Position numbers and translations under genes: made by a program | The notes under the pieces: generated by a model | The model's database searches: none | What the model was told of the DNA's origin: nothing | What the model saw: only the letters and a program-made list of their open reading frames with translations | Origin: Octopus sinensis | Lineage: Eukaryota | DNA: 64,000 bases | Assembly (NCBI RefSeq): GCF_006345805.1 | Contig: NC_042997.1 | Coordinates: 38,502,001 to 38,566,000 of the forward strand | Direction: 5' to 3' | Part shown: positions 39,070 through 51,574 of the stretch, piece after piece | Layout: each line of letters starts with the position of its first letter | Numbering within the stretch: position 1 is the first letter of the stretch

Positions 39070-39295
39070 CATGTATATTCATGTATATCATTGTATATGT
39101 AAAAGGCTTTTACATCCATATTGAGACATAATTAAATATGTTATATATATATATAGATATATATATATATATATATATACTGTTGTGTCTGGGGGGAGTC
39201 ATTTAGTGCCTTATAATTTAACACACTAACTAGTAAAATTTCCACTTTTTCTTTTTGATTTTCCTAAACTTTTCGTTGCGTCTTGCAATCTTTTC

Positions 39296-39905
39296 AATCA
39301 TCATTCATCATTGTTCGACCGTGGTCGAGACAATGGAATTAACCAGGCTACGCTAGACTTCACGGTCCATCATGGCATTACGGAGGTCCTGTTGCTGGAT
39401 GCCTGAGGAGAGTAGAAATTACCTCTTTTTCAGCTCTACAACAATGTCCAGCAAACTGAACTCTCCTACCTTTCACAAGAGATGACACAGGTGGTAGTTT
39501 CCCATATATTTGCATTTTCGTTGGATGGCGCTTCCACGAGAGATTTTGAGCTCTCATAAGGAGGCGAGTGTAGGTTCCATTCAACCGCCTCTCAAGCTTC
39601 TTTGATAACGTCCAGGTTTCTGAGCCATATAGTAGAATTGGTTCGACTGTGGCTTTGAAGATTTCAAGTTTGAAGTCTCTACTTAGATTTGATGACCAGA
39701 TCTTATGCATGTCATTGCAGGCTGACCAGGCCATACCCTTTCTAGTTAGAAAGTCTTTTCCAGATGATGATATGTATGACCCAAGATATTTGTAATCAGA
39801 AACCATATTTAAAGGTGCACTGTTGAGAGTGTGGATGATGCAATCACTGTTGGACAGGCACTTGTTTATGTATTCAGTTTTGGCCTCATTGAGGTAAAGA
39901 CCTAC
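39296..39905 (-). mobile_element. RTE-type LINE 3' fragment
   Basis: GLYLNEAKTEYM..DYKYLGSYI..ILLYGSETWTL..RRVQFAGHC; (TGA)-like tail near 39296-39310. Confidence 0.85.
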
Positions 39906-39934
39906 ACAATTTCAATAGTTTTCAATAGTTTGAT

Positions 39935-40041
39935 TCTTAACCACTACGTCATATGCCGTGGGCATATGGCGTAGTGGTTAAGAGCGCGGGATACTAACCC
40001 CAAGATTCCGAGTTCGAATCCAGGCAGTGACCTGAATAATA

Positions 40042-40086
<45 letters not shown>

Positions 40087-40846
40087 GCCCTGATGCAGTA
40101 CCAGACAGTGGTTCTCATGGCTTCTCATCTAAACTGATTGGAAGTGTTATCATGTACATCGTTTTGTCTTGGTATAAAAGATGGGCTACAGCAAATATTC
40201 TGCTCAATACCACAGATTTGCTTGTCAGTTGTTTGACCTTAACCAGTTGAGCATATCCCTTAGTGGCTGACGATGTGTGCATCTCTGATCACGAGCAGAA
40301 GTAGTGGGGGAGCATCATAGCCACATGTTGAGAGTGATTTTGGGAGTTTGAATAATTCGCCTCTGGAAACATGGATGTTTCGTTCAATGTCCTTAAACAA
40401 CGCTTATTCAGGGACCTTTTGAGTGGGATGGGCTACTCGACCAGAAGAAAATTCTAACTGATCCCCACCTGCAAGGTCACGTGCTGTTTATCTTGATATG
40501 AGATCTCCACGTCGCGCACATATGGTTGTGATGCATGTGCCTAGTGTACCCTTATCAGACGGGTAGTCATGATAGGTATACTGCGCTTCGCTTATTTTAC
40601 CCCAGTGTTACTATGATGATATGCACTGCTCTCTCACTCAATAATGATAATAATAATAACAACAACATCGGAAAATACCTTAGGAATGAGAAACCAGGTT
40701 CGAAGTTTCCTCCAAAACACCTGATGAAGGCTGAAGGGTGTATCAGCCGAAACGTTATGTTAACAACAAACAAAATGAGGACAAATATCCGTCAAATGTA
40801 CATAATGTAAATAATGTACATAATTCCTCATCTCTTAAATATAGAA
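39935..40846 (+). mobile_element. tRNA-headed SINE-like element with HHR tail, copy 2; a ~550-bp unrelated repeat (40085-40635) is inserted in its (AAT)n linker
   Basis: A box TGGCGTAGTGG and B box GTTCGAATCC; HHR at 40716-40761; tail matches 19520-19551. Confidence 0.8.
40716..40761 (+). ncRNA. Minimal type I hammerhead ribozyme (family B)
   Basis: AACAC-CTGATGA-A-GGCTG-(10 nt)-CAGCC-GAAACGTT-ATGTT; palindromic AACGTT stem III. Stem I is AACAC/GTGTT using the 3' arm of the 19450 copy; this copy has a mismatch at position 1.1. Confidence 0.7.
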
Positions 40847-42872
40847 AATTGAATAATTCCTTCTAAACACTTCTGATTTGTTTTTGTTTTTCCTTTTAGA
40901 TATCAGAACTATGACAAGTAAATTTCGAAAGCAACTGAGCTCTTACGATAAATAATGTTCAAATAATTGAATGTTTCAAATCACGAGGAAGAAGTGACGT
41001 TTAAATTAGCTGATATAATAAAAGAATTTATGTTGAGAATTAGATGGAAACATAGAATGGGAAATGGTTTGTGCAAGACGCTGTGAACTCCGTGGGTGGT
41101 GTTGCGAGTTGTGTGCAAGTTGGACGATGTTATACGAAATAAATTGTGTGGTATAGTAATATAAGGAGAAGTCGAAATACCAAAAACTAAGCGTGTAGTG
41201 TAACTAATAAAAAGAAAGCTATAGAAAGAGGCAAAATTACGTGCAGACAGAATGACGTACAGACAAAAGCCAAATCTCATACAGAAACGCGACGACGAGT
41301 GTGGGAAGGAATGCACAGCCAGATGTAATAAGAACAAAGAGCAAATAACAATTTCAAGGAAAACAATAAGTTTAAGGAACTAATACACTATGAAGAACTG
41401 ACATTGTCAGGAGCGGCTAGAATTGTACAACGTGAATTGTTGAGCGGAAAGACTGTTGAAGAGTATATTAAACTAAAACTTCAGGTAAATGCACAATCAT
41501 CTGTAGTTATTCTGTAGACTTCCATCTTGACATGAACAGCGAACCAATAAATTACATTTTTTGTTACTTAACGAGATTACTTGGAGTCACCAGATTTTGT
41601 TTAAAACCATCACTTAATAACATTTCAGATTAGAGTTAGCCATATGTTAGCCAACTGTCTCTATGATAATCGAAACTTTAGTAATAAAATGTTTGCACAA
41701 TATTGATATATCTGTGAGGATTAGGAAATGTAAAATTGATAAAACCAGGAGTGTTAAGAGCTTCGCCTAACTGCCCACTTTCAGAAACTTAATGCATAAG
41801 CACTGTAGGTATTAGCAGGTCTCCACTTCTTTCTGGAAATACAAGTCCATGTACATGTATACATACATACACACATACACACACACACATATATATATAT
41901 ACATATCTATGAATATATAAGCAAACTTAGAAGCGCCGAGTGAAAATAAAGTAAATATTGAAAGCGGATTAGCTGAGAAAACAGTATCGAAGATTGGGTA
42001 AATACCCTTTAGAAGATGGAAGAAAATGACCGGTATCTGAGAGGTACAGGGTTCAACTCTCCGTAACCACCAGCTGATCACTTTTATTCCTTTTCTAAAG
42101 GGTCGGTCGCCCACGCATACCAGCCTCCCTTCTCCATGCCACTGACGGTATCCAAGACAAAGACCCATACAGCTTGCTACCAGTGACGTCACAATTCATT
42201 TCTATAGCTAAGTAAACTGGGGCAAGGTGAAATAAAGTGCCTTGCCCAAGAACACAACATTGTCTGGGAATCAAATTCATGATTGTGAGCCCGACGCTGT
42301 AATCACAGAGCTAAACACAGATATAGAAGTAAATGTAAGGATAAGCAAGTTAGGCAGGTATATACAAAGTATATTAAATACATGAAATACTAAAATTGTA
42401 GTTATGTTTGTATACAAAATGGTCCGACTTACAGAATAGAAATATCAAGAATCAAAAGGCTTTACGAAAAGTATTACAATTTTAAGAACTGTTTCTAGGG
42501 GCTCGGTGATCCAAAATAATGTTTGCAGATTGATTCCATCGTCGGATGAAACGAACCTCTATCTTCAGGTAAGAGATCTTACATTTGAGGTGTTGACAGA
42601 AAGAAGTTCATATATATATATATATTTATTTAATGAAATGGATAAATGAATTATCTTGTTACGGATTATTCAAATTATAACCGATACCTGGGTAGCAAAA
42701 ATCACAACAGAAAAATCACGGTTGAGGTTACGACCATGGGGTATCGCAACCGTGCCTTAGTGCGGATAATTGAAGTTTTATATATTTAGTGAGGGAAGAA
42801 ATGGAGCTGAACGAAGATTTTACAAAATTCCTTTTTATTATTTTCTACACATGTTTCAAAGGCTTCCCTCAC

Positions 42873-42904
<32 letters not shown>

Positions 42905-42909
<5 letters not shown>

Positions 42910-43673
42910 CGATTAGGAGTGACCCCAACAGGTCACTCGTCCACCAGAAAGAGCAGCCATAACTCACACCGCCAAGTATTATTAATTCAGAATTAGGTGA
43001 AAATTTAAAAACATTTACCCTAATTCATCTTTTAGACGTTGCAACGTTTCTGTGTCATTAATGATTAAATTAGCTTAATTAAATTAAATTAAGCCAATCT
43101 ACCATAGGTTACACTTCATCAGTAAAGACCTGGGAGAGACAAATATACACGAGGCGTCTGTATCGAAGCCTACGAGATATCTGACTTAAAATTTTCAAGA
43201 CTGACGTATTCGCGCCAAACTTATCAACAGTAAATATAAACTGCTGATTCAATCTCAGAATTATTCAGAAAATATCAATTAGTCAATTTAGGGTAGCAAA
43301 AAATTCAATAGAAATTTATCGCAACCAGCGGCCTGGTGAAAAAGAGAAAATGTCATCGACTAATATATAAATATAACGATTTAGGAGTGACCCCAACAGG
43401 TCACTCGTCCACCAGAATTTAATCATTAATGACACAGAAACGTTGCAACGTCTAAAAGATGAATTAGGGTAAATGTTTTTAATTTTCACCTAATTTCTGA
43501 ATTAATAATACTTGGCGGTGTGAGTTATGGCTGCTCTTTCTGGTGGACGAGTGACCTGTTGGGGTCACTCCTAAATCGTTATATTTATATTTTAGTCGAT
43601 GACTATTTTCTCTTTTTCACCAGGCCGCTGGTTGCGATAAATTTCTATTGAATTTTTTGCTACCCTAAATTGA

Positions 43674-43675
<2 letters not shown>
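42905..43675. repeat. Nested inverted-repeat cluster of PLE pLTR-like sequence between (TA)n tracts
   Basis: 43282-43417 is inverted at about 43540-43675, and 42905-43070 is inverted at about 43418-43582. Confidence 0.85.
43030..43127 (-). ncRNA. Type I hammerhead ribozyme with extended helix II (family D)
   Basis: Minus strand: CTTTA-CTGATGA-A-GTGT-(about 60 nt with an internal AT-rich hairpin)-ACAC-A-GAAA-CGTTGCAACG-TC-TAAAA; 12-nt palindrome ACGTTGCAACGT; GUC triplet. Confidence 0.65.
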
Positions 43676-43763
<88 letters not shown>

Positions 43764-43768
43764 CATAC

Positions 43769-43799
<31 letters not shown>

Positions 43800-43812
43800 C
43801 ATACATACATAT

Positions 43813-43904
<92 letters not shown>

Positions 43905-44924
43905 TATATACATATATATATTTCTCTGCTACACGTGTTTCTTGAGGTTCTTTTACGGTTCCTTAAGCACGCAGTGTTTTACAGGAACATTTCTTAAAAC
44001 GCAACCCCAATCGTCAGGTCTCTAAATGACTTTATTATAATTCAATACCAAATTCTATATTTCAATTGTTGAACAGATAAATATGCGTATGTGCAAATAA
44101 CTTCGCCGAACCTTACTGCGCAAGCCATAATTTAATTCAAATAAAAAATTTTATTGATTAATAGTAAAAATAAAAAAATTACAAAACTAAATTCGAACGT
44201 GACTTATGCCTATAAACATTCATATAAAACTAATAATATGTAGGGATGAAAATTAAAATATATACTTGTGATGATATAATAATGAAAGCAATGACAAATA
44301 GATATATTCGAATAAAAACTATAGTTAAAAGTGGACGTACATAAATGCGAATGAATGACAAAATGCAAAAAGAAATAATTTACAAATGATAAAAATTAAT
44401 AGGAGTGGCTGTGTGGTAAGTAGCTTGCTTACCAACGACTTGGTTCCAGGTTCATTCCCACTGGGTGGCACCTTGGGCAAGTGTCTCCAAATATAGCCTC
44501 CAGCCGACCAAAGCCTTGTGAGTGGATTTGGTAGACGAAAACTGGAAGAAGCCCGTCGTATATATGTATATATATATGTGTATGTGTGTATATGTTTGTA
44601 TGTCTGTGTTTGTCCCCCCACCATTGCTTGACAACCGACGGTGGTGTGTTTACGTCCCCGTAACTTAGCGGTTCAGCAAAAGAGACTGATAGAATAAGTA
44701 CTAGGCTTACAAAGAGTCAGTCCCGGGGTCGATTTACTCGACTAAAAGGCGGTGCTCCAGCATGGCCGAAGTCAAATGACTGAAACAAGTAAAAGAGTAA
44801 AAGAGTAAAGTAAAACTTAGAACGTAATAACGTAAAGATAACGTTAAAAATATCGTAAAATATATGAATGTACAAACTACCGTTGACTACCATAGTCATA
44901 CTACGGGCTATGTTCAGCTTAACG

Positions 44925-46530
44925 CCGCAAGACATCTCGTCAGTTATTAAGACAAACAAAAATCCTATGAAAATAACCGTTAAACAAAGGGAAATTACTA
45001 TGAAGATGACCGTTATTAAGACAAACAAAAGAGCTATTAGAATGACCGTTAAATAAAGGGAAAAAATCTGTGATCTTGTGGGGACCAAAGACGTAACAAA
45101 TATTTAGCTATATATGGACATGATCCCAAAAGTTCAGTTCTTAGATTTAGACATGTAGCGGGGTCTAAGCTGCTTTTCCAGATGATCCATCTTTCCATAT
45201 AACAAAGACCGCACTTTCCACTGCCATTGGTGTAGGGCTTACACTTGGCTAAGATCTTCCAATAGATGTTGTAACCGACAACTTTATCTTTTAAGGACCA
45301 TATATGATTGGATAATTTGGTCGTTTTTCTTTTATCCCAGTGCCTGAAGATGAAGGTGTGATTATTGAACCTGGCCTTGAAATTACCTTCTGTAAGGCCC
45401 ACGTGTTTCTTCGTCGAAACTGTGTCCTTAGTGGATATAGAGTCCACGGTGGCTTCATAAATGTTGACCTTGGACATGCAAGCTCCATTTAGTAATGAGT
45501 GTATGTGCCATATTTGAACTGTTTTTGCCCCTTCATCAGCACCCATGTAACACATTCTTGCCTCCGAACACACTGCTTACATAGTCACTGCATAGATCTT
45601 CCAGTGTATGTTGTAATTGACACCTGTTTCTTTTAAGGACCATATATACCTGGATAATTCGGTTGTTTTTCTTTTTTCCGTGACTTAGAAGCTGAATGTG
45701 AGATTGTTGAACCTGGCTTTAAACTTTCCCTCTGTGAGAACCACATATTTCTTTAGCGAAACTATGTATTGTGCATGTACCTATATAGACGTGTATATGA
45801 ACATAAATGTGCACGCATGGGTATATATGCGCGCGCGTGTGTGTATGTGTGCGTGTGTGCTGGTATGTATATGTGTACATGTGTATGATTGCATATATAT
45901 GTATACATATAGGTGTGTGTGTGGGTGTGCATGTAAGTGTTTCACGCGAGTGTGAGTGAGCATATGCATATATAGCATATACGTATTTAGACGTGTATAT
46001 GAATATAATTGTGCGTGTGTGGTTATATATACGTGTGTATGTGTGCGTGTGTGCTGGTATGTATATGTGTACATGTGTATGGCTGCATATATATGTATAC
46101 ATATAGGTGTGTGTATGGGTGTGCATGTATCTGTTTCACGCGAGTGTGAGTGAGCAAATGCATATATGCACATGTACGTAGGTGTGCATGCGCGCCTGTG
46201 TATGTATGTACATGCGCGCATACACGAATTCTATGAGGGGTTTTTACTTTCTCCCCTTTCGGGGTTTTCCTTTTATTTAACGGTCATTATAATAGCTCTT
46301 TTATTTGTCTTAATATCGGTCATCTTCATAGTAATTTCCATTTGTTTAACGGTCATTTTCATAGGCTTTTTGTTTGCCTTAATAACTGACGAGATGCCGG
46401 AGCAGATTTCCGCCCCGACATCCTAATCTCGGAGTTTTACAATGGCAACCGAATAATTGTCATTATTATATTACAGATAAATTCCTCTATTTACATAATA
46501 TCGAGGTCTCATTCATTCTTTTGCTGTCAT
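44925..46530. mobile_element. Rearranged PLE: GIY-YIG on the minus strand (45049-45775) with inverted pLTR segments (44925-45060 and 46262-46400)
   Basis: CMSKVNIYEATV..KKHVGLTEGNFKARFNNH..LSNHIWSLK..KCGLCYME..LNLRTELLGSCPY; a second, diverged GIY-YIG fragment is fused at 45600-45775. Confidence 0.85.
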
Positions 46531-46591
46531 ACTATACTATTACGATTAATATATGTATATATATAGATGTATATGTATATACATATGCATG

Positions 46592-46623
<32 letters not shown>

Positions 46624-49209
46624 ATATCCCTAGGTTATTCTCAGGAACAGAAGGTAAGGTCGAAGAAAGGAAAATGCAAACCTTAGTGTCAGTATCAAAA
46701 TGACACACACTGGATAACTAGATTACGCAAACAAACACACTGAGAGAAATTTAGGAGGAGTAAGATGGAATGGGTCGGCATTTCTGATAAGAGAAAGATT
46801 AAGTAAAAATTATTCTGGTGGTCCAGCAAATACGAGTGGTGTTCATAAAAATTTTTTATGTTCGTGTTTTTTTGTTTTGTTTTGTTTTTTGTGGGTGGAG
46901 GCTATATCTCTGCATTGCGTAAAACAACCATTCTAAGCCACTGAAACTTCCTCCGGATTCTACTAAATTACATTAATTCGTTTTGAGCATCACTATTACT
47001 AGTTGACCAAGTCGAGTCATTAATTGTCCTAACTAATAATCAAGACCCCCAAAGCATACAGAGACAGCAGAGCATTATTGAATGTTATGTTATAAGTGAC
47101 TTTCTCTGCTTAATTGGATTTGTTGCAGTGTAAATAATATTTTTAAACATAAATTGCTTCAGGTATGTCAATATCGTAACAGCCAGTTTAGTAGCTACAG
47201 CAACCAAGCAAATTCATACTAACTGAAAAAAATGTTACGGTGAAATGTTAGGATTTCGTTTCATTCGATATAGTATGAAGTTGCATAATCATAATATATG
47301 TCTCCGGCATAACTAATTATTTATCTAATCCACCTGTTATTCGAACTTAATTCTATAATAAATATGATGTCAATATCTTCAATCCTGAATTGTTTATTCT
47401 TATACTCTGCGGCTGATGAATATTTCTTAGATTTTCAGTGTGTGGAATACTTTGGAATTACTTGGTTGTTCCCCCGACACATGGTTCTGCAGTCTGTCCC
47501 ACTTCGCGGAACCTTGGACAAGTGTCTTCTACTATAGCCTCATCCGACCCAAACCTTATGAGTAGATAACTGAAAGAAACTGAAGCCGTTTTATATGTAT
47601 ATATATATATATATACTCATACGTTGAGGTGCAATGTCCCAGTGGTTAGGGCAGCGGACTCGCGGTTGAAGGATCGCGGTTTCGATTCCCAAACCGGGCG
47701 TTGTGAGTGTTTATTGAGCGAAAGCACCTAAAGCTCCACGAAGCTCCGGCAGGGGGTGGTGATCCCTGCTGTACTCTTTCACCACTCTTTCTCTCACTCT
47801 TTCTTCTGTTGGCCTGCTCGCTTAGCCAGCGGGGTGGCGTCATTCGAAGGCTAAAACAATGCGAAGCGCATTGTGACCAGCGATGTGTAGCAACATCTGA
47901 TGGTCTGGTCGATCACGTGATCACGTGATATACTCACACACACATGCACACTCTCCACCTGTCTCTCTCTCACACAGACACATACACACATATATATATG
48001 ACAATATGACAGCGTCTCATATATAAGTGCGTATTTGAGTCTGTGTTCGTCCTCCATCACCGCTTGACACCGAGTGTTAGTTCGTTTACGTCCCCATTAT
48101 CTAGCGGTTCGACAAAAGAAACCTATACAATAATTACCAGGCTTAAAAACTAAAATAAGAATTGTGGTCGATTTGTTGGACTAAAATCTTCAAAGCAGTG
48201 ACCCAGCATGACCGCAATCTTAATAACTGAAACAAGTAAAAGATGTATATACACGTATATATAGCGGCATTTCGTTCCTCTACCTTCCGAGTTCAAATTC
48301 CGCCGAGATCAACTTTGCTTTCGTACTTTCGAAGTTGAGCACTGGGGCCGATGTAATCGACTTAACCCCTCCCCTAAAATTGCTGGCCTTGAGACGAAAT
48401 TTGAAACCAATATGTCGTATTGTTAATCAATAAGAGTTATAGACAACGAAAACTATTTTCTAGTAACTGCCGTCTATAATTTTTATAAAGCCAAGTTTAT
48501 TCATTATAATACATTTATCTATAACTTCAAATTGCAGTTAACAAAACTAGTGAATTTGCTTAAGTAGTTTTTTTCGGTTTTATGCAAGTAAATACATTCT
48601 ATGTATCAGAACATAACGAGGTTCACAAAAAGTAATCAATTGTCGAAAACACTTTTGAGTAAAATGGATTTACTTGAAAAGCAGGTTGACGAAGAGAAAA
48701 AAAAACAAAAGAAAATACAAAAAAGTAAGAAGAAATAAGGTGGTTACTTAGTAAAAAGAGATTGAGAAAGTTTAGAGAGATATAAGATAAATAGGTCACA
48801 CAACAAATAGTTGCGGTATTGCTAAATTTTTTGTCGTTTAGCAGTGGAACGTTTGTTTTTATATATAAATATACACGTGTATGTACATATGTTTATAGAG
48901 TATACAAACATAGTAATGATTTCTTGGGACGTGGTAATTCGTTATGCAACCACAATATGCTATAAAGAATGTTAAATGCTTTTTATAACTCAACACCCCG
49001 TTCTACTGCGTTTACATTATTTTGTTAAGGTTATTTCTACAAATATTCTATAGAAATTTTAGCCAGACCTGATTTTTGCTACAACGTTTTGTATCGAGAC
49101 ATCAGATGTAAATAAACAATGAGATCGAAGACAAAAATGGGCAATGAATGTATATGCCACATATGCATTTAGTATGTAAATTGGTATATCTAATAACTTA
49201 ACACCGCTG

Positions 49210-50760
49210 TATGCAGTGACTATGTAAGCAGTGTGTTCGGAGGCAAGAATGGGTTACATGGGTGCTAATGAAGGGGCAAAAACAGCTCAAATATGGCACA
49301 TACACTCATTACTAAACGGAGCTTGCATGTCCAAGGCCAACATTTATGAAGCCACCGTGGACTCTATATCCACTAAGGACACAGTTTCGACGAAGAAACA
49401 CGTGGGCCTTACAGAAGGTAATTTCAAGGTCAGGTTCAATAATCACACCTTCATCTTCAGGCACTGGGATAAAAGAAAAACGACCAAATTATCCAATCAT
49501 ATATGGTCCTTAAAAGATAAAGTTGTCGGTTACAACATCTATTGGAAGATTTCAGCCAAGTGTAAGCCCTACACCAACGGCAGTGGAAAGTGCGGGTCTT
49601 TGTTATATGGAAAGGTGGCTCATCTGGAAAAGCCTCTTAGACCCCGCCACATGTCTAAATTCAAGAACTGAAATTTTCGGATCATGTCCATATGTGGCTA
49701 AATGTTTGTTATGTTTTTGGTTACCTTGGGATTATAGATAGGACTTACTTTTTATATTGTGTCCACGTACAAGCTTATATATTGCTCATATATTTTTTAC
49801 ACATTTTTCTGTATTTTACCCTCCACCCTGCATGTGTATATAGTCATGTATATGGAATTTTTTGTGTGCGCGTGTGGATATGTACGTGTGCGCGGGTATG
49901 TGCGTATATAGACGTAGGTGTGTGTGTGCATGCGAGTATGTGCGTATATAGAAGTGTATATGAACTTTTTTGTGTGCGTGTGTGTGTGAGCGTGTGTGCG
50001 TGTATGAATAACTTACTTTTGGCGAATGTGTGGGTGCACATGTGTGTTTTAAGCGAGTGTAAACGAACATATGCAAATAGGCACATATATGTGGGTGTGC
50101 GTGAGCGCATGTGCATGTATGGACATGCGCGCATGCGCGTTCGCCATGAGCATATTCACTCCTTTACTTTTTATTCTTATTCTATATTTTTTTTACACAT
50201 TTTTACACATTTTTCTGTATTTTGCCTTTAGCCCTGTTTTCTATTCTGCATGTGCGTATATTGACGTGTGTATGAACCTTTTTTTGTGCGTGTGCGTGTG
50301 TGTGCGAGCGTGTACGCGAGTATGTATATATTTTTTGGCGAATGTGTGTGTGAGCATGTGTGTGTTTCAAGAGAGGGTGGATGAGTATATACATATAAAC
50401 ACATGTACGTGGTAGTGCGGGCGCGCGGGCGCGTATGTGTATGTATGGACATACGCGCTTACGCGATTCCTATGAACATTTTTACTCCCTTACCTTTACT
50501 CCCTCCCCTTACTTAGCGGTCATTCTAATACCTCTTTTGTCTTAATAACGGTCAATCACACATTAATCTCCCTTTGTTTAACAGTCATTTTCATAGCATT
50601 TTTTTCGGTGGCCCGATAACTGAAGAGATGCCGGCGTGGGTTTCCGCTCCGACATCCGAAACTTGTTTCCGAAAAATTGTCACATATTATATTAACAGAT
50701 AAATTCTTCTATTTACATAATATCGAGGTCTCTTTCATTCTTTTGTTGTCTTACCATTTC
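49210..50760 (+). mobile_element. RT-less PLE derivative: GIY-YIG, TG-rich 3' region, pLTR family C
   Basis: 49210-49750 is highly similar to the reverse complement of 45065-45595; degenerate HHR GATAA-CTGAAGA-GATGCCGG..CCGACATC-C-GAAAC at 50615-50662. Confidence 0.85.
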
Positions 50761-50770
50761 TATCAATATA

Positions 50771-50847
<77 letters not shown>

Positions 50848-51213
50848 ATATATATATATATATATCCAACATAAGAAATACGTCAAAAAATTATGGAGGT
50901 TGGAGAGCAAAGGAATGAGTCTATGTGTGTCTGTGTATATGTATGCATTAGTATATGTATATATATATATTCACACATGGAAAGATATACAAACACACAG
51001 ACACAAGTTTATTGAAAGTAATGCAAATCTGGACTCTTTTATGTATTATTGAGTGGCATAGGTCGTTCAAATTGCAGATGTTGCTACAGTAACATTTCCT
51101 ATACAGTAACTCGATATAGTATGGTATCTCTCTCGCTGTTCTTCACCACTGTAAGTGAATTATGGTTTTCAAGCAGAAGCTTAAGTTACAAATTGTGCAC
51201 ACATATATAAGTG

Positions 51214-51245
<32 letters not shown>

Positions 51246-51574
51246 AACACACGCACGTACACAGACACACAGACAGACATACCCTCGTATACACACACAT
51301 ATGCATATACACATATATACATACTAGAGTAAGTGGAGATTCGAAAGCATGTGGCACTTCATACATTGGGAAGTATTTACATACATTATTTAATATCGGT
51401 TTGACTCAGCTACGAGCAACGTAAAGTTTCGTAAATTCAAACAACGAATCTATCGCTAGAAACGGGTAGACATATATTACTTCACTCCCTCTAGACTCTT
51501 GACGAGATAGGTCCATTCTACATGCCTACGAAACTTTCTGTAGGATGAAGTTGGATATCATAATCTATATATGG

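Noticed and set aside
39961-40035. Functional tRNA gene (also the SINE heads at 22832, 37141 and 8496)
   Set aside because: A and B boxes are present but no complete acceptor stem pairing was seen, and each continues into SINE body sequence.
40981-41500. Purine-rich stretch with a 118-aa minus-strand ORF
   Set aside because: No motif similarity recognised on either strand.
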